From an uncultured Rhabdochlamydiaceae bacterium (lineage in GTDB: Bacteria; Chlamydiota; Chlamydiia; Chlamydiales; Rhabdochlamydiaceae): a stretch of 64,000 nucleotides of DNA. This document shows, in pieces, positions 1 through 11,675 of this stretch (positions are counted from its first letter, which is position 1; every line of letters starts with the position of its first letter). The stretch covers positions 1,632,001 to 1,696,000 of the forward strand of contig CAVQHD010000001.1 of assembly GCA_963712275.1 (NCBI GenBank), read 5' to 3'. The notes under the pieces were generated by a model. The model was not told the origin of the DNA, did no database searches, and saw nothing but the letters and a program-made list of their open reading frames with translations. The position numbers were made by a program, and so were the translations under genes.

Positions 1-97
1 CTTTCCGCGATCTTTGCAAAATTAAATCTGCAATTAAACTAAATTTTTCAGGCGACGCAACAGCTGCCCCGCCAAACTTAAGGATCGTGGGTTCCAT
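1..97 (-). CDS. lysC: Aspartate kinase, N-terminal part (runs off the window)
   Basis: Manual translation from the ATG at 97 gives MEPTILKFGGAAVASPEKFSLIADLILQRSRK, with the KFGG amino-acid-kinase motif. Not in the ORF track. Confidence 0.75.
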   Translation of the reverse strand, partial: MEPTILKFGGAAVASPEKFSLIADLILQRSRK

Positions 98-334
98 CAA
101 TTTTGCAGTATACTGACCGATCTAAAATGGGTAAATATTCATTTATTGTGGTTTTTGTATTTTGTTCCTTGCCCGAATTTTCAATGATTTGCTATCTTTT
201 TCTCATTAACCATTTGTTGGTGTGGTTTTTTGCTCCCCTTTTAACTCCCTACCTTCTAACCATGAATGAGAGTTAAAATTAAAACTTCACTGATGAGAGG
301 CCATGAATGCTATGCAGGAGATACGTGAATTAAC

Positions 335-2080
335 ATGTCCAAACTAAAACACGATTGGAATTCAAGTAACATCATTGATGATGTCGATTATCATGAAGAA
401 GACGCAGCTGTCTTCAAAAAACTTCTTTCAAGTCAGATTAAAGGAGAGACCGAAGGGCCTTTGAACTCTCTGAGCTCAGGGTACGTTCTGAAGGGACGCA
501 TTGTCGAAATTACAAAAGACTTTGTCGTCATCGACGTCGGATTAAAGTCGGAAGGTCTTGTTCCTATCGCAGAGTTTACAGACTCATCGGAATTATTTCT
601 TGATAATACGGTTGAAGTCTTTCTAGAACAAAACGAAGGTGAAGATGGGCAAATTATTCTTTCTCGAGATAAAGCACGCCGCCTTCGTCAGTGGGAAAAT
701 ATCGTCCATAATTGTACAGAAGGATCCATTGTTACAGGGAAAGTAACTCGCAAAGTCAAAGGCGGGCTCATGGTTGACATCGGCATTGAAGCCTTCCTTC
801 CAGGCTCCCAAATTGATAATAAACGGATTAAGAACCTTGATGAGTATCTCGATAAGATCTATGACTTTAAGATCTTAAAAATTAACACGGATCGTAAAAA
901 CATCGTCGTCTCCAGACGAGAGCTTCTTGAAGAAGAGCGGATGACGAAAAAAGTCGAAATGCTTGAAAATTTCCAAGAAGGGGAAATGCGCCGCGGTATC
1001 GTCAAAAACATCACTGATTTTGGCGTCTTTTTGGATATCGATGGGGTTGATGGACTTCTTCATATTACAGATATGACTTGGAAGCGGATTAAACACCCCT
1101 CTGAGATGGTCCATGTTGGAGATGAACTTGAAGTCGTCATTCTCCATGTTGATCGCGAGAAAGGACGAGTAGCTCTTGGAATGAAGCAGAAAGAGAGCAA
1201 CCCTTGGGAAGACGTTGAGAAGCGGTACCCTATTGGAACCCATATCAAAGGGAAAATTACAAGCCTTGCTCCCTATGGAGCGTTCCTTGAAATAGAGCCC
1301 GGGATTGAAGGGCTTATCCATGTCTCTGAAATGTCATGGACAAAGCCGATCACCGATCCTAGCGAAGCCGTCAAAAAAGGGGATGAAGTAGAGGCCATTG
1401 TGCTTTCCATCCAAAAAGAGGAGGGGAAAATTTCCTTAGGGATGAAGCAGCTTGAGAAAAATCCTTGGGATGAAGTCGAAAAAAAATACCCGATTGGCTC
1501 TCACGTGACTGCTGAAATTCGAAATCTGACCAATTATGGGGCTTTTGTTGAGCTTGAACCAGGCATTGATGGCCTCATCCATATTTCTGACCTTAGTTGG
1601 ATTAAAAAAGTATCCCATCCTTCTGAAATTTTTAAAAAGGGTGATAAAGTTGAAGCAGTGATTCTTGGAATTGATAAGGAAAAAACACAGATTTCGCTTG
1701 GAGTCAAACAACTCAGCGAAAATCCATGGGAAAATGCTGCAAATACAATGCGTGTAGGATCCCTTGTCAAAGGCATTGTCTCAAAAATCACCGCCTTTGG
1801 AGCATTTGTTGCGCTTGACAACGGACTGGAAGGGCTCATCCATGTCACAGAACTCTCCGATCAACCTTTTGGCAAAGTCGAAGAAGTGATCTCTAAAGGC
1901 CAAAATGTTGTCGCTAAAGTGATGAAAGTCGATCCTGAAAATAAAAAAATCGCTCTTTCAATCAAAGAATATCTCATCGAAAAAAATAAAGAGAATCATG
2001 ATGACATCGTCGTTGGAGAGAAGAAAAAACGAACAACAAAAAAGAAGGCCAAGGAAAAAACTCCTGAGGAAGGCGAGTAG
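335..2080 (+). CDS. rpsA: 30S ribosomal protein S1
   Basis: Six S1 repeats (e.g. [25 protein letters not shown]); upstream of nusA. Confidence 0.98.
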   Translation: MSKLKHDWNSSNIIDDVDYHEEDAAVFKKLLSSQIKGETEGPLNSLSSGYVLKGRIVEITKDFVVIDVGLKSEGLVPIAEFTDSSELFLDNTVEVFLEQNEGEDGQIILSRDKARRLRQWENIVHNCTEGSIVTGKVTRKVKGGLMVDIGIEAFLPGSQIDNKRIKNLDEYLDKIYDFKILKINTDRKNIVVSRRELLEEERMTKKVEMLENFQEGEMRRGIVKNITDFGVFLDIDGVDGLLHITDMTWKRIKHPSEMVHVGDELEVVILHVDREKGRVALGMKQKESNPWEDVEKRYPIGTHIKGKITSLAPYGAFLEIEPGIEGLIHVSEMSWTKPITDPSEAVKKGDEVEAIVLSIQKEEGKISLGMKQLEKNPWDEVEKKYPIGSHVTAEIRNLTNYGAFVELEPGIDGLIHISDLSWIKKVSHPSEIFKKGDKVEAVILGIDKEKTQISLGVKQLSENPWENAANTMRVGSLVKGIVSKITAFGAFVALDNGLEGLIHVTELSDQPFGKVEEVISKGQNVVAKVMKVDPENKKIALSIKEYLIEKNKENHDDIVVGEKKKRTTKKKAKEKTPEEGE

Positions 2081-2104
2081 TTTGGTTAATTTAGAGGTAA
2101 TGCA

Positions 2105-3403
2105 ATGAATAAAGATCTTCTTGCCTTTTTTGAATATCTTGAACGTGAAAAAGGTATCAAGCGAGAGGTGATTATCTCCACAATTGAAGAGGCTCTTCTT
2201 GTGGCAGCGCGCAAAAGCAATAAAGGGCTTATTAATCTTGCTGTTCATGTCAATCCTAAAACAGGAGATATTGATGTGACAGCCCAAAAAGAAGTGGTTG
2301 AACAGGTCAAGATTCCTGAAGAAGAAATCTCTCTTGAAGAAGCTCATATTTTAAACCCTTATGCTGAAATAGGCCAATGGATTGATATCTCTTGCATACC
2401 TCAAGATTTTGGCCGTATTGCCGCCCAGGCTGCAGGACAGGTGATTTCGCAACAGCTCCGTTCTGCTGAGCGAGATGTCATTTATGAAGAATATCGGCAT
2501 CGAGTTAACGAACTCATCTCCGGTACGGTCAAACGTCTTGTGCGTGGGGCAACTCTCATCGTCGACCTCGGCAAAGTCGAAAGCATTCTTCCAGACCGTT
2601 TTTATCCAAAAACGGAGAAATATAATGTCGGCGATCGAGTCCAAGCTCTCTTGTTCGAGGTTCGCGACACGGAAAATGGGGGGGCCGAAGTCATTTTAAG
2701 CCGCAGCCACCCTGAATTTGTACGTCAACTCTTCTTCCAGGAAGTTCCCGAATTGCAAGATGGAACCGTGACAATTGAAAAAATTGTTCGCGATGCAGGA
2801 TACCGCACAAAGCTTGTCGTTAAGTCGTCTGAGCCCAAAGTCGATCCTGTCGGGGCTTGCGTCGGAGTACGCGGTAGCCGAGTTAAAAACATTATTCGCG
2901 AACTGAATAATGAAAAAATTGATATCATCCCCTATTCCGAGGACCCGCTGCAACTGCTCATCAATGCTTTAGCGCCTATTGAACCTCGGCGAATGGAAGT
3001 GAGTGAAGATGAAACAATGGTTTCTATTGTGGTTGATGACGAAAATTACCCCGCTGTCCTTGGAAAGAGAGGAATGAATGCACGGCTCAATGGACAATTG
3101 ATTGATGCTGAGCTGCAAGTCCAAAAAATCAGCGACTACCAGCAGCTTGCCTCTATCCAACGGCAACAGCTCGCTCTCGCAGAAGATCCCTCTTTAGATG
3201 AGAAATTGCAAGCCAGCGATGTCGGCTCTCCAAGCCATAAGCTCTATATAGAAAGCTTGATTTCAGCAGGCTATGATACACCTCGAAAAGTGCTCAGTAC
3301 AACAGCTGAGGAACTTGCGAAAATCCCTGAAATCAGCAGCCTAGATATGGCGATGAAGATCCTAGACGATATTTACAAGAAAAAAGGGTTAAAAGTTGGC
3401 TAA
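2105..3403 (+). CDS. nusA: Transcription termination/antitermination factor NusA
   Basis: FGRIAAQAA and [14 protein letters not shown] motifs, KH domains. Confidence 0.98.
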   Translation: MNKDLLAFFEYLEREKGIKREVIISTIEEALLVAARKSNKGLINLAVHVNPKTGDIDVTAQKEVVEQVKIPEEEISLEEAHILNPYAEIGQWIDISCIPQDFGRIAAQAAGQVISQQLRSAERDVIYEEYRHRVNELISGTVKRLVRGATLIVDLGKVESILPDRFYPKTEKYNVGDRVQALLFEVRDTENGGAEVILSRSHPEFVRQLFFQEVPELQDGTVTIEKIVRDAGYRTKLVVKSSEPKVDPVGACVGVRGSRVKNIIRELNNEKIDIIPYSEDPLQLLINALAPIEPRRMEVSEDETMVSIVVDDENYPAVLGKRGMNARLNGQLIDAELQVQKISDYQQLASIQRQQLALAEDPSLDEKLQASDVGSPSHKLYIESLISAGYDTPRKVLSTTAEELAKIPEISSLDMAMKILDDIYKKKGLKVG

Positions 3404-6137
3404 AAACTTAAAAATCAAAGTTAAAAACACTCAGCTTGCGGAAGCGCTTAAAAAACTCAAAAAATCAGAAGAAATTCTGCCAGAAAAGCAACCCGCTAGG
3501 CTCTCTCCAACTTCTAGAACCTCTCCTGTGTCCGAGAAGCCTCCGGAGGTTTCTATCCCTAAGGCTTCAGCAGCTCCAGAAGAAGCCCCTCCCCCTCCTG
3601 CCGCTAAAGAAATCGTTAAACAAACGGCACCCGAGCAACAACAAGAAGCAGCCACTCCTACAACTCCAAGCCCAATTCCAAAACCAATTCCAAAACCAAT
3701 TCTGGGCCCTAAATACCCCTCTCAAACATCCCAACAGCTCGGACCTAAACCTCCAGAGCAACGTCGATTTACCCCAAGACCCTCTTATCAACCTAGATCT
3801 GATCAACGCTCTTTTGGACCTCGGCAGGGCGCTCCTTACCAACCCAACTCGCACGAACCCCGTTCATTTGGCCCAAGACCTCCTACAGATTCAAGAGAAT
3901 TCCAATCTCCTCGTCCAGCAGGCCCCGGCGGTTTTGGAGGTCCTAGACCACATACACCGCGGTATGAAGGATCAGGAGGCCCGCGTCCCTATCAACAAAG
4001 ACCCAACCAACCTTATCAACAAAGACCCGGTGGAGGGTTCCGAGGCCCTCTCCGAGGCTCTCAAGGACCCTATAGGCCCCCCTATAAACCCCAAGGACCT
4101 GCAGGAGCCCCCCCCCGTTTTGGGGTGTCACCTATCCCAAAGGACTTTCCTTCAACAAAAGCTCCTCGCGGAGGTGAAGAAACAAAACGAAAACCGAGCT
4201 TTAAAGATAAAGATAAAATCAGCAAAAAACCTGAGGTTTATCGAGCTTTTGACTCTCGCGATAGACAAGGGCTGCGAGATGAAAATGATGAAGGATGGAG
4301 ATCTCGAAGAGCACGTTCCCTAAAAAGCCGCTTTACAACAGATGAAGAAATTGTTATTCGTCCTAAGACACTCCTCATTCGGCTTCCAATCACCATTAAA
4401 GATCTTGCCGCCGAAATGAAGCTCAAAGCATCTCAGCTCCTATCTAATTTGTTCATGAAAGGAGCTATTCTCACCCTGAACGATTACCTGGATGATGAGA
4501 CCACCGTTCAGCTTCTAGGACACGATTTTGAGTGTGAAATTACCATCGACACCTCTGAAGAAAAACGGCTAAAAATCACGGATCAGACTATCAAACAAGA
4601 GATCGAAAACACTCCCAAAGATGAAGTGATCTTAAGAAGTCCTGTTGTCGCTTTCATGGGCCATGTCGATCACGGAAAAACAAGCTTAATCGATGCTATT
4701 CGCAAAACCAATACCGCCGCAGATGAAGCAGGAGCGATCACTCAACATATTGGAGCTTTTAAATCTCATACTGCTTTTGGCGATCTCACCATCCTCGATA
4801 CCCCCGGCCACGAAGCTTTTTCAGCCATGAGGTCTCGAGGGACTGAAGTCACAGATATTGTCGTCCTAGTTGTCGCAGGAGATGAAGGACTTCGGGCACA
4901 AACCATAGAAGCTATTGAACAGGCCCGCCAAGGGAATGTTCCCATTGTCGTTGCCATCAATAAATCAGATAAGCCCAACTTCAATGCCGACAACGTCTAT
5001 CGGCAGCTTGCAGAAAACAATCTTGTTCCAGAAGCCTGGGGAGGACAAACCATCACAATCAACTGCTCAGCCTTGACAGGGGATGGAATCAAAACCCTTT
5101 TAGAGATGTTAGCTCTTCAAGCTGAAGTTCTTGAGCTCAAAGCCAACCCTCATACACGAGCCAGAGGAGCTGTAATTGAATCAGAAATGCATAAAGGAAT
5201 GGGAGCTGTCACCACCGTCCTCGTTCAAAATGGAACCTTGCATCTTGGCGATGCGATTGTCTTCACCGACCATTGGGGGCGAGTCAAAACAATGCAAGAT
5301 GAGCATGGTCAATTGGTTGAGCAGGCTTCTCCTTCAACCCCAGTTAAAATTACAGGTCTTTCAGGACTTCCAGAAGCCGGAAGCGACTTTATCGTCGTCA
5401 AAGATGAAAAAGAAGCACGTGAAGTCTGTGAAGAGCGTGCGATTCAGAAGAAACACGTGGCATTGCAAGCCAAGCGAAGCGGCCTAGAAGGCCTGCTTCA
5501 GCAGCAGATGCAAAAGCAAGAGAAGAAGGTTTTACATCTGATGCTCCGTGCTGATGTCCAAGGCTCACTTGAAGCTCTTAAGCACTCTCTAGAGAAAATT
5601 GTCTCTAGCAAGATTGAAACAAACATTGTATCGGCCACTGTTGGAGAAATTTCTGAATCCGATATTCAACTTGCCGCAGCCTCCAAAGCCACAATCATTG
5701 GTTTTCATACTCAAATTGAACCTCGCGCAGAGCCACTTATCAAAGAGCTCCACGTCAAAGTCCGCCTCCATGATATTATCTATCATGCCGTCGACGATGT
5801 GAAAGAAATCATGATTAGCCTGCTCGATAGAATTGCTCAAGAAAATGATGTAGGAGAAGTGATTGTTAAAGCCATCTTTAAATCATCTCAGATTGGGAAT
5901 ATTGCAGGATGCCAAGTCACAGAAGGCTCTATCAAACGATCCAGCCATGTCCGCGTTATTCGTGATAAAGAAGTCATTTGGAAAGGCCCTATTGCCTCTC
6001 TGAAAAAAATCAAAGAAGACGTGCGTGAAGTTTCAAAAGGACATGAGTGCGGCATCCTCCTTCAAGGGTTTAATGATTTTAAAGAAGGGGATCTGCTCCA
6101 AGCGTATGAAGTCACTTATCTAACACCTGAGCTCTAG
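3396..6137 (+). CDS. infB: Translation initiation factor IF-2 (TTG start, Pro/Gly/Arg-rich N-terminal extension)
   Basis: [18 protein letters not shown] and NKSD GTPase motifs. Confidence 0.98.
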   Translation: MAKNLKIKVKNTQLAEALKKLKKSEEILPEKQPARLSPTSRTSPVSEKPPEVSIPKASAAPEEAPPPPAAKEIVKQTAPEQQQEAATPTTPSPIPKPIPKPILGPKYPSQTSQQLGPKPPEQRRFTPRPSYQPRSDQRSFGPRQGAPYQPNSHEPRSFGPRPPTDSREFQSPRPAGPGGFGGPRPHTPRYEGSGGPRPYQQRPNQPYQQRPGGGFRGPLRGSQGPYRPPYKPQGPAGAPPRFGVSPIPKDFPSTKAPRGGEETKRKPSFKDKDKISKKPEVYRAFDSRDRQGLRDENDEGWRSRRARSLKSRFTTDEEIVIRPKTLLIRLPITIKDLAAEMKLKASQLLSNLFMKGAILTLNDYLDDETTVQLLGHDFECEITIDTSEEKRLKITDQTIKQEIENTPKDEVILRSPVVAFMGHVDHGKTSLIDAIRKTNTAADEAGAITQHIGAFKSHTAFGDLTILDTPGHEAFSAMRSRGTEVTDIVVLVVAGDEGLRAQTIEAIEQARQGNVPIVVAINKSDKPNFNADNVYRQLAENNLVPEAWGGQTITINCSALTGDGIKTLLEMLALQAEVLELKANPHTRARGAVIESEMHKGMGAVTTVLVQNGTLHLGDAIVFTDHWGRVKTMQDEHGQLVEQASPSTPVKITGLSGLPEAGSDFIVVKDEKEAREVCEERAIQKKHVALQAKRSGLEGLLQQQMQKQEKKVLHLMLRADVQGSLEALKHSLEKIVSSKIETNIVSATVGEISESDIQLAAASKATIIGFHTQIEPRAEPLIKELHVKVRLHDIIYHAVDDVKEIMISLLDRIAQENDVGEVIVKAIFKSSQIGNIAGCQVTEGSIKRSSHVRVIRDKEVIWKGPIASLKKIKEDVREVSKGHECGILLQGFNDFKEGDLLQAYEVTYLTPEL

Positions 6138-6138
6138 T

Positions 6139-6516
6139 ATGGTTAAGAGAGTTAATCGATTAAATTCTCTTCTCAAGGAAGTGATCTCAGAGGTTGTGAT
6201 GCGAGCGGTTCGCAACCCCAAGATCAATGCTCTCATCACCATCAAAAAAGTTGAAGTGACCAAGGATTTGCACCATGCAAAAGTTTATGTAAGCTTGATT
6301 GGCTCTGCAGCTGAAAAGGAGCAAACACTTCAAGCGCTCAAATCAGCGGCAGGTTTCATTTCAGTCCAAGCTGCTAAGAAAGTGGTCATGCGGTATTTTC
6401 CAGCCCTCGCCTTTTATCTTGACGATACCTTAGAAGATGAGCTGAGAATTCATGCTCTCCTAGAACAAATTCGTCAAGAAAAAACCTCTCGCGAAAATGT
6501 GCGCGAAAATGAATAA
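6139..6516 (+). CDS. rbfA: Ribosome-binding factor A
   Basis: VEVTKDLHHAKVYVS and MRYFPALAFYLD motifs; position after infB. Confidence 0.95.
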   Translation: MVKRVNRLNSLLKEVISEVVMRAVRNPKINALITIKKVEVTKDLHHAKVYVSLIGSAAEKEQTLQALKSAAGFISVQAAKKVVMRYFPALAFYLDDTLEDELRIHALLEQIRQEKTSRENVRENE

Positions 6517-7171
6517 CTTCATCAAAGAAGGAGTTCTTCTTGTGAATAAACCGCGAGGCAAAACCTCTTTTAGCCTCGTTGCAGCCCTCCGCAAAAAAAC
6601 TAGCATTCAAAAAATTGGCCATGCTGGAACCCTTGACCCTTTTGCAACAGGGCTCATAGTTTTACTGATCGGAAAAAAGTTTACGCGCCTCTCCGATGTG
6701 TACCTTTCAACAGAAAAGGAATATGAAGCCGAGCTCACCCTTGGAACCTCAACCGATTCCTATGACTGCGATGGAAAAATTACCGGCACTTCACCCCTCA
6801 TCCCCTCCCTTGGCGAGATTGAACGTGCCCTTGAACAATTTCAAGGAACCATTTTTCAGACCCCTCCGATGTTTTCCGCCAAAAAAATTAAAGGACAAAC
6901 CCTCTATAAACTCGCTCGCAGAGGAATTGAAATCGCAAGACCTGCTGTAGAGGTCACATTAAAAACATCTTTCCTAGCCTATAACTACCCTTTCCTCTAT
7001 CTCCACATTGTCTGTTCGAAAGGGACCTATATTCGATCGATTGCCGACGATCTCGGCAAGTTACTACGGTGCGGAGCCCATCTCTCAAAACTCCACCGCC
7101 TCCGGTGCGGATCTTTCCACGTCTCCGGTAGTATTCCCGGTGATCTTCTCTTTGCTCAGGATCCCTCATGA
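6509..7171 (+). CDS. truB: tRNA pseudouridine(55) synthase
   Basis: KIGHAGTLDPFATGL and CSKGTYIRS motifs. Likely start ATG 6509, alternative 6497. Confidence 0.96.
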   Translation: MNNFIKEGVLLVNKPRGKTSFSLVAALRKKTSIQKIGHAGTLDPFATGLIVLLIGKKFTRLSDVYLSTEKEYEAELTLGTSTDSYDCDGKITGTSPLIPSLGEIERALEQFQGTIFQTPPMFSAKKIKGQTLYKLARRGIEIARPAVEVTLKTSFLAYNYPFLYLHIVCSKGTYIRSIADDLGKLLRCGAHLSKLHRLRCGSFHVSGSIPGDLLFAQDPS

Positions 7172-7713
7172 TTGTCATTGAAAAGCTTGATCAAATCCCC
7201 CCTCTACAGCAACCGATTGCTCTGACAATTGGCACCTTTGATGGAGTCCACCTCGGCCACCAATACCTTTTTCAAGAGCTTAAAAAACGGGGATACGCCG
7301 TCGCTGTCACCTTTTCAAATCACCCCCTTGATATCCTTGCTCCTCAGCAAGCGCCGACTCCTCTTTTACCTCTTTCTGAAAAATTAGAACTCTTCAAGCA
7401 GCATGGGATCCAAATGACCCTTTTAATCCCCTTTACACAAGAGCTCTCAGTGACCCCCTACGACATTTTTTTACAAAACCTCCATACCGCCCTCCCCTTT
7501 TCCACCCTTGTCCTAGGAGAAGATGCAAGGCTTGGCGCACGAGCAGAGGGAGATCTGCCTAAGATTCAAGCTCTTTCAAAAATCATCGGATTTGAAGCCC
7601 TTTTTCTTCCTAAACTCACACTTGATGGGGAAGTTATCTCCTCTCGTCAAATTCGAGAGCTCCTTAAAACAAACCAGACAGACAAAGCCGTCCGTTACTT
7701 AGGAGAGAAATAA
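7168..7713 (+). CDS. ribF: FAD synthetase (FMN adenylyltransferase domain of RibF only)
   Basis: GTFDGVHLGHQ and ISSRQIR motifs. The 181-aa protein ends where the kinase domain would begin. Confidence 0.85.
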   Translation: MIVIEKLDQIPPLQQPIALTIGTFDGVHLGHQYLFQELKKRGYAVAVTFSNHPLDILAPQQAPTPLLPLSEKLELFKQHGIQMTLLIPFTQELSVTPYDIFLQNLHTALPFSTLVLGEDARLGARAEGDLPKIQALSKIIGFEALFLPKLTLDGEVISSRQIRELLKTNQTDKAVRYLGEK

Positions 7714-7715
7714 GT

Positions 7716-8813
7716 ATGCCAGGACTTTCTTGCGGAATCGTAGGCCTTCCCAATGTTGGCAAATCGACCCTTTTTAACGCGCTCACGCGAAAAATGGCAG
7801 CTGCAGCTGCTAATTACCCGTTTTGCACTATCGACCCCAATGTCGGAATCGTCGATGTCGATGACCCTAGGCTCACAGCTCTTTCCACCCTTTCCCACAG
7901 CAAAAAAATCGTCCCAGCCACCGTTACTTTTGTCGATATTGCAGGGCTTGTCAAGGGCGCTTCTGAAGGAGAAGGACTTGGAAATCAGTTCTTAACCAAT
8001 ATCCGAGAAACCGATAGCATTATCCAAGTCGTCCGGGCCTTTGAAGACACTGATGTCATCCACGTCGCAGGCAAAGTCGATCCTCTCTCCGACATCGAGG
8101 TGATCAATCTAGAACTTATCCTCTCCGATCTTCAGATGGCGGATAATATCGCCAAAAAACTCGAAAAACAGCTAAAAGTTAAAAAAGACCTCATCCCCGT
8201 TCACGACGCCCTTCTAAAGAGCATCGCGCACCTCAACTCAAATCAGCCGCTTCGAACCTTCAAAGGAACTCCTGAAGAGATGCAAGCAATTGCCACTTAC
8301 CCTTTCCTCACCAATAAAAAAATGCTTTACATTGCCAACATCAGCGAGGCATCGCTCCCCTCCATGGAAAACGACCACGTCCGTACCATCCGTGACTATG
8401 CAGCTAAACAAGGAACGACCGTCATCCCCATTTGCGCTAAATTAGAGGAAGAGCTCTCTCAACTCTCTATCGAAGAAGCGCAGCAGTACCTCCAATCGCT
8501 GGGGCTGGAAGAGACAGGGCTAACTCGCCTCATTCGGGCTGCTTTCTCAACACTTGGCCTCATCACCTACATTACATCTGGTGAAATTGAAACGCGCGCT
8601 TGGCCGATCCTCAAAGGGACATCCGCTCAAGAAGCCGCAGGTAAAATCCACTCCGATATTCAAAAAGGATTTATCCGCGCTGAAGTTGTCGCCTTCCCCG
8701 ATATGATCGCCTACAAAGGGCGCGTAGGGGCTCGCGAGGCCGGCAAAGCCCGCTCCGAAGGGAAAGAGTACCTCGTCCAAGATGGCGACGTCATCCTCTT
8801 TTACCACAATTAA
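7716..8813 (+). CDS. ychF: Ribosome-binding ATPase YchF
   Basis: [32 protein letters not shown] and TGS-domain motifs. Confidence 0.97.
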   Translation: MPGLSCGIVGLPNVGKSTLFNALTRKMAAAAANYPFCTIDPNVGIVDVDDPRLTALSTLSHSKKIVPATVTFVDIAGLVKGASEGEGLGNQFLTNIRETDSIIQVVRAFEDTDVIHVAGKVDPLSDIEVINLELILSDLQMADNIAKKLEKQLKVKKDLIPVHDALLKSIAHLNSNQPLRTFKGTPEEMQAIATYPFLTNKKMLYIANISEASLPSMENDHVRTIRDYAAKQGTTVIPICAKLEEELSQLSIEEAQQYLQSLGLEETGLTRLIRAAFSTLGLITYITSGEIETRAWPILKGTSAQEAAGKIHSDIQKGFIRAEVVAFPDMIAYKGRVGAREAGKARSEGKEYLVQDGDVILFYHN

Positions 8814-8815
8814 CG

Positions 8816-9931
8816 ATGCACCTCTTTATTTCATGCCCCCCTAAATTAGAGTCGCTTCTCACTGAAGAACTGAACCTCTTGGGCATTCCAGCCCGTCCAT
8901 GGCCGCGCGGCGCCTCTGCTTCTCCCACGCTAGAAAATGTCTATCGGATTAATATGGAAAGCCGCCTCGCCACTCGCGTTTTATGGCCCCTCAAGCATTT
9001 CGAATGCGCAGATCGAGAAACCCTTTACAAAGAAATCTTGCAAATCGACTGGAGCCCCTGGATCACTCTTGACTCCACCTTCTCTATCGACGCCAACGTC
9101 TCGCAAACCCTAGGGTTTCGTCATAGCCATTTTGCAGGGCTTGTGATGAAAGATGCCATCTGCGATCAATTTCGAGAAAAAACAGGCGAGCGCCCTTCCA
9201 TTGACGTCCGAAACCCCGCCGTCCAACTCCACCTCTTCATCCATAAAAACAAAGCAACGGTCAGCTTCGACACCTCCGGAACTCCCCTCTTCAAAAGAGG
9301 ATATCGAGCCAAAACAACCCAGGCTCCCCTTCAAGAAACCCTTGCAGCCGCCGTCCTCAGCCTCGCTGACTACACACCGGATGACATTCTATGCGATCCC
9401 TTCTGCGGATCAGGCACCTTTCTTTGGGAAGCCGCCCTCATCGCAACCCGCACCCCGCCAGGGTTCTTCCGCGATTCCTTTGGAGTTTTCAAACACCCTG
9501 AGTTCTCCCTCCCTTCTTGGAATACCTATTTACAAACCGTGCAAAACAAACGGTCGCTTCTCCGCCCCTATTCGATTTTTGGAGGAGATCGAGATTTAAA
9601 AGCCATTGAAGCATGCCGAGCCACTATGACAAAGGCAGGGCTTCCCCTCCACTTTCAACACACCGACATCAGGCTCTTCCGCCCTCCTGCCATCCCAACG
9701 CTTGTCGTCACCAACCCCCCTTACGGCATCCGTATGAGCGCCACCAGCAATCCCTATGCCGCCCTCGCTCAATTCCTTGAGACAACCTGCCAAGGGCGCG
9801 CCAGAGCCGCCATCTTAAGCCCCCTCGAGCGACTCCCTGCCCCCTTCAAAGGCTCTTTTCTAAAGCCGATTCCTCTTCAGAATGGCGGCCTTGACATCTT
9901 TTTACACCGACTGGGGCCCGTAAATGAATAA
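8816..9931 (+). CDS. THUMP-domain class I SAM-dependent RNA methyltransferase (RlmL-like)
   Basis: LFKRGYR, APLQETLAAA, DPFCGSGT and TNPPYG motifs. Terminal GPVNE* comes from the adjacent palindrome. Confidence 0.88.
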   Translation: MHLFISCPPKLESLLTEELNLLGIPARPWPRGASASPTLENVYRINMESRLATRVLWPLKHFECADRETLYKEILQIDWSPWITLDSTFSIDANVSQTLGFRHSHFAGLVMKDAICDQFREKTGERPSIDVRNPAVQLHLFIHKNKATVSFDTSGTPLFKRGYRAKTTQAPLQETLAAAVLSLADYTPDDILCDPFCGSGTFLWEAALIATRTPPGFFRDSFGVFKHPEFSLPSWNTYLQTVQNKRSLLRPYSIFGGDRDLKAIEACRATMTKAGLPLHFQHTDIRLFRPPAIPTLVVTNPPYGIRMSATSNPYAALAQFLETTCQGRARAAILSPLERLPAPFKGSFLKPIPLQNGGLDIFLHRLGPVNE

Positions 9932-10079
9932 CTTCATCATCTTAGACTGCGCGAAAGCTCCCGCGGTTGAACGATCGCAAACAGGGGCAGTATTAGCTCA
10001 ATACGACCCCGTTTGCGATCGTTCAACCGCGGGAGCTTTCGCGCAGTCTAAGATTGAGAAGTTATTCATTTACGGGCCC
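9914..10079. mobile_element. Fold-back MITE-like element A (166 bp)
   Basis: Arms 9914-9982 and 10011-10079 are inverted repeats (66/69 identical). Terminus GGGCCCGTAAATGAATAACTTC, flanked by TG on the left and TA on the right. The same end recurs at 12705-12731. Confidence 0.85.
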
Positions 10080-10814
10080 TAGCGCCTTCCTAGAACCATA
10101 GGTATGACTTGCCTGCGCGAGATTTGTTCGAACATTAGGAAAGACCCCTTCCAAAAGCTTTATCATCTCTTTCACTTCTCTCCGAAGGGACCTCTGCCCC
10201 ACAGGACACTGGCAGGTGATACGGGCAAAACGGTACAATTTTGCAAACTCTGTAATCTCATCTTCCGAGATAAAAATCAGCGGACGGGTGATTGTGACCC
10301 CATAGTCATGCATTGGCACTTTAGGAAGGTTGCCCGCAAACTCCCCTTTATGCATCAGATTCATGAGCAGGGTTTCAATGTTATCATCGCGATGGTGTCC
10401 AAAGGCAACCAGCTTGCACCCCAGCCCGCGCGCCGTCTCAAAAATCAGACTCCGCCGCTCCCTTGAGCAGCTATAACACTCAAGAGACTCCCGTTTTTGC
10501 GTCGAATAACAAATCGTCAAGGGAACGCCCAGCTCCTCACAAATCGGCGCTAAAAACTGCTCTCCCAATGCGGCCCCGCATGAATATTCCCCCGCCACAT
10601 GAACCGCAAAAATCTCTAGCAAAGGAATGCCCCGCCCTGAGATTGCCTTGAGAAGATACAAAAGCGTCAGGCTATCTTTCCCTCCGCTTAAAGCAATTAA
10701 AATTTTTGACTCCCCTTCTAGCAAATCAAACTCATAAAGCGCCTTGCGGCACATGCTCTCAAGCTTTCTTCCAAGAGAAGTCCAAGGAGGACGTGCGATC
10801 GGTAATATTGTCAT
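10062..10814 (-). CDS. ttcA: tRNA 2-thiocytidine(32) synthetase TtcA family
   Basis: PP-loop SGGKDS, CYSC, GHHRDD and CQCP motifs. Confidence 0.88.
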   Translation of the reverse strand: MTILPIARPPWTSLGRKLESMCRKALYEFDLLEGESKILIALSGGKDSLTLLYLLKAISGRGIPLLEIFAVHVAGEYSCGAALGEQFLAPICEELGVPLTICYSTQKRESLECYSCSRERRSLIFETARGLGCKLVAFGHHRDDNIETLLMNLMHKGEFAGNLPKVPMHDYGVTITRPLIFISEDEITEFAKLYRFARITCQCPVGQRSLRREVKEMIKLLEGVFPNVRTNLAQASHTYGSRKALGPVNE

Positions 10815-10874
10815 GCAAAAAATGGTATCTTTGCCCTATATTCTACCTCAACATGATTTGTTTGTGGAGCGCAG

Positions 10875-11093
10875 ATGACAAAAGCCGGCCGTAATGATCC
10901 TTGCCCTTGTGGCTCAGGAAAGAAATTCAAAAAATGTTGTGAATCCAAAACTTCCAAGCAGCCCCTTGCCAATGCTCAAGTCCTCACAGGCCCCAATAAG
11001 ATAGGCTCCCTCTTCCACCGCCACCTCACTCCCCCTCAAGAACCTGACCAAACCCCTGAGGTGCCACCTGACTCAAAGCATCTGAACATGTAG
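10875..11093 (+). CDS. SEC-C motif-containing small protein
   Basis: [18 protein letters not shown]. Confidence 0.85.
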   Translation: MTKAGRNDPCPCGSGKKFKKCCESKTSKQPLANAQVLTGPNKIGSLFHRHLTPPQEPDQTPEVPPDSKHLNM

Positions 11094-11142
11094 CGCTTGA
11101 GAAATAACGAATGAATTTGTTATAAGGCTTAGATCCTTTTCT

Positions 11143-11214
11143 GCTGGTGTAGCTCAATGGTAGAGCATCCGCCTTGTAAGCGGACGGTTGAGGGTTCAAG
11201 TCCTTTCGCCAGCA
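11143..11214 (+). tRNA. tRNA-Thr (anticodon TGT), CCA not encoded
   Basis: Cloverleaf with acceptor GCTGGTG/CGCCAGC, anticodon arm TCCGC-CTTGTAA-GCGGA and T-loop GTTCAAGT. Confidence 0.97.
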
Positions 11215-11242
11215 TTTCTTCTATCCGTAACGGAGTTAAAGT

Positions 11243-11614
11243 ATGAGTTTATTATCGATTTCTTTGAAAGAAAAGGATCGTGAATGGACAAAAAGTGTAT
11301 CTCGGTGTGCGGAACACTTTACAACTATAGGAGCAATTCGAAGCAGCGCATTTCAGTTAGCTTTAGCTGATCTGCTTGTCCAGGAATTAGAATTGAGATC
11401 CCGCCTATATCTTGAACACTCTAAGGAACAGGCAAATTTTGATAATTTTTTTACTGAACAAATGACAAGTCTTCATTCTGATTTAAAAAGCCGTTTTGGA
11501 GTTAGTATTCCGGGTAAAGAAAGATATGCCATCCTTCAAGAAAAATACAATATGATTCTTTTGTCTAATTGTTCTCCAGAATCAAAGTTGCCAATTGGTT
11601 TCAATTGCAGTTGA
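11243..11614 (+). CDS. Hypothetical protein
   Basis: 123-aa ORF with GGAG RBS; no recognised motif. Confidence 0.6.
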   Translation: MSLLSISLKEKDREWTKSVSRCAEHFTTIGAIRSSAFQLALADLLVQELELRSRLYLEHSKEQANFDNFFTEQMTSLHSDLKSRFGVSIPGKERYAILQEKYNMILLSNCSPESKLPIGFNCS

Positions 11615-11675
11615 TCCTTTAAATTCAGCCATTGTTTGAAAGCTACTTCTAAAATAGAAATAGTTAAAAAAATTA

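Noticed and set aside
239..278. Hairpin in the rpsA leader as an S1 autoregulatory element
   Set aside because: The pairing is imperfect and AT-rich; it cannot be supported without comparative data.
3436..4323. 295-aa alternative-frame ORF inside infB
   Set aside because: It overlaps the low-complexity Pro-rich IF2 N-terminus, has no RBS or motif, and is explained by codon bias.
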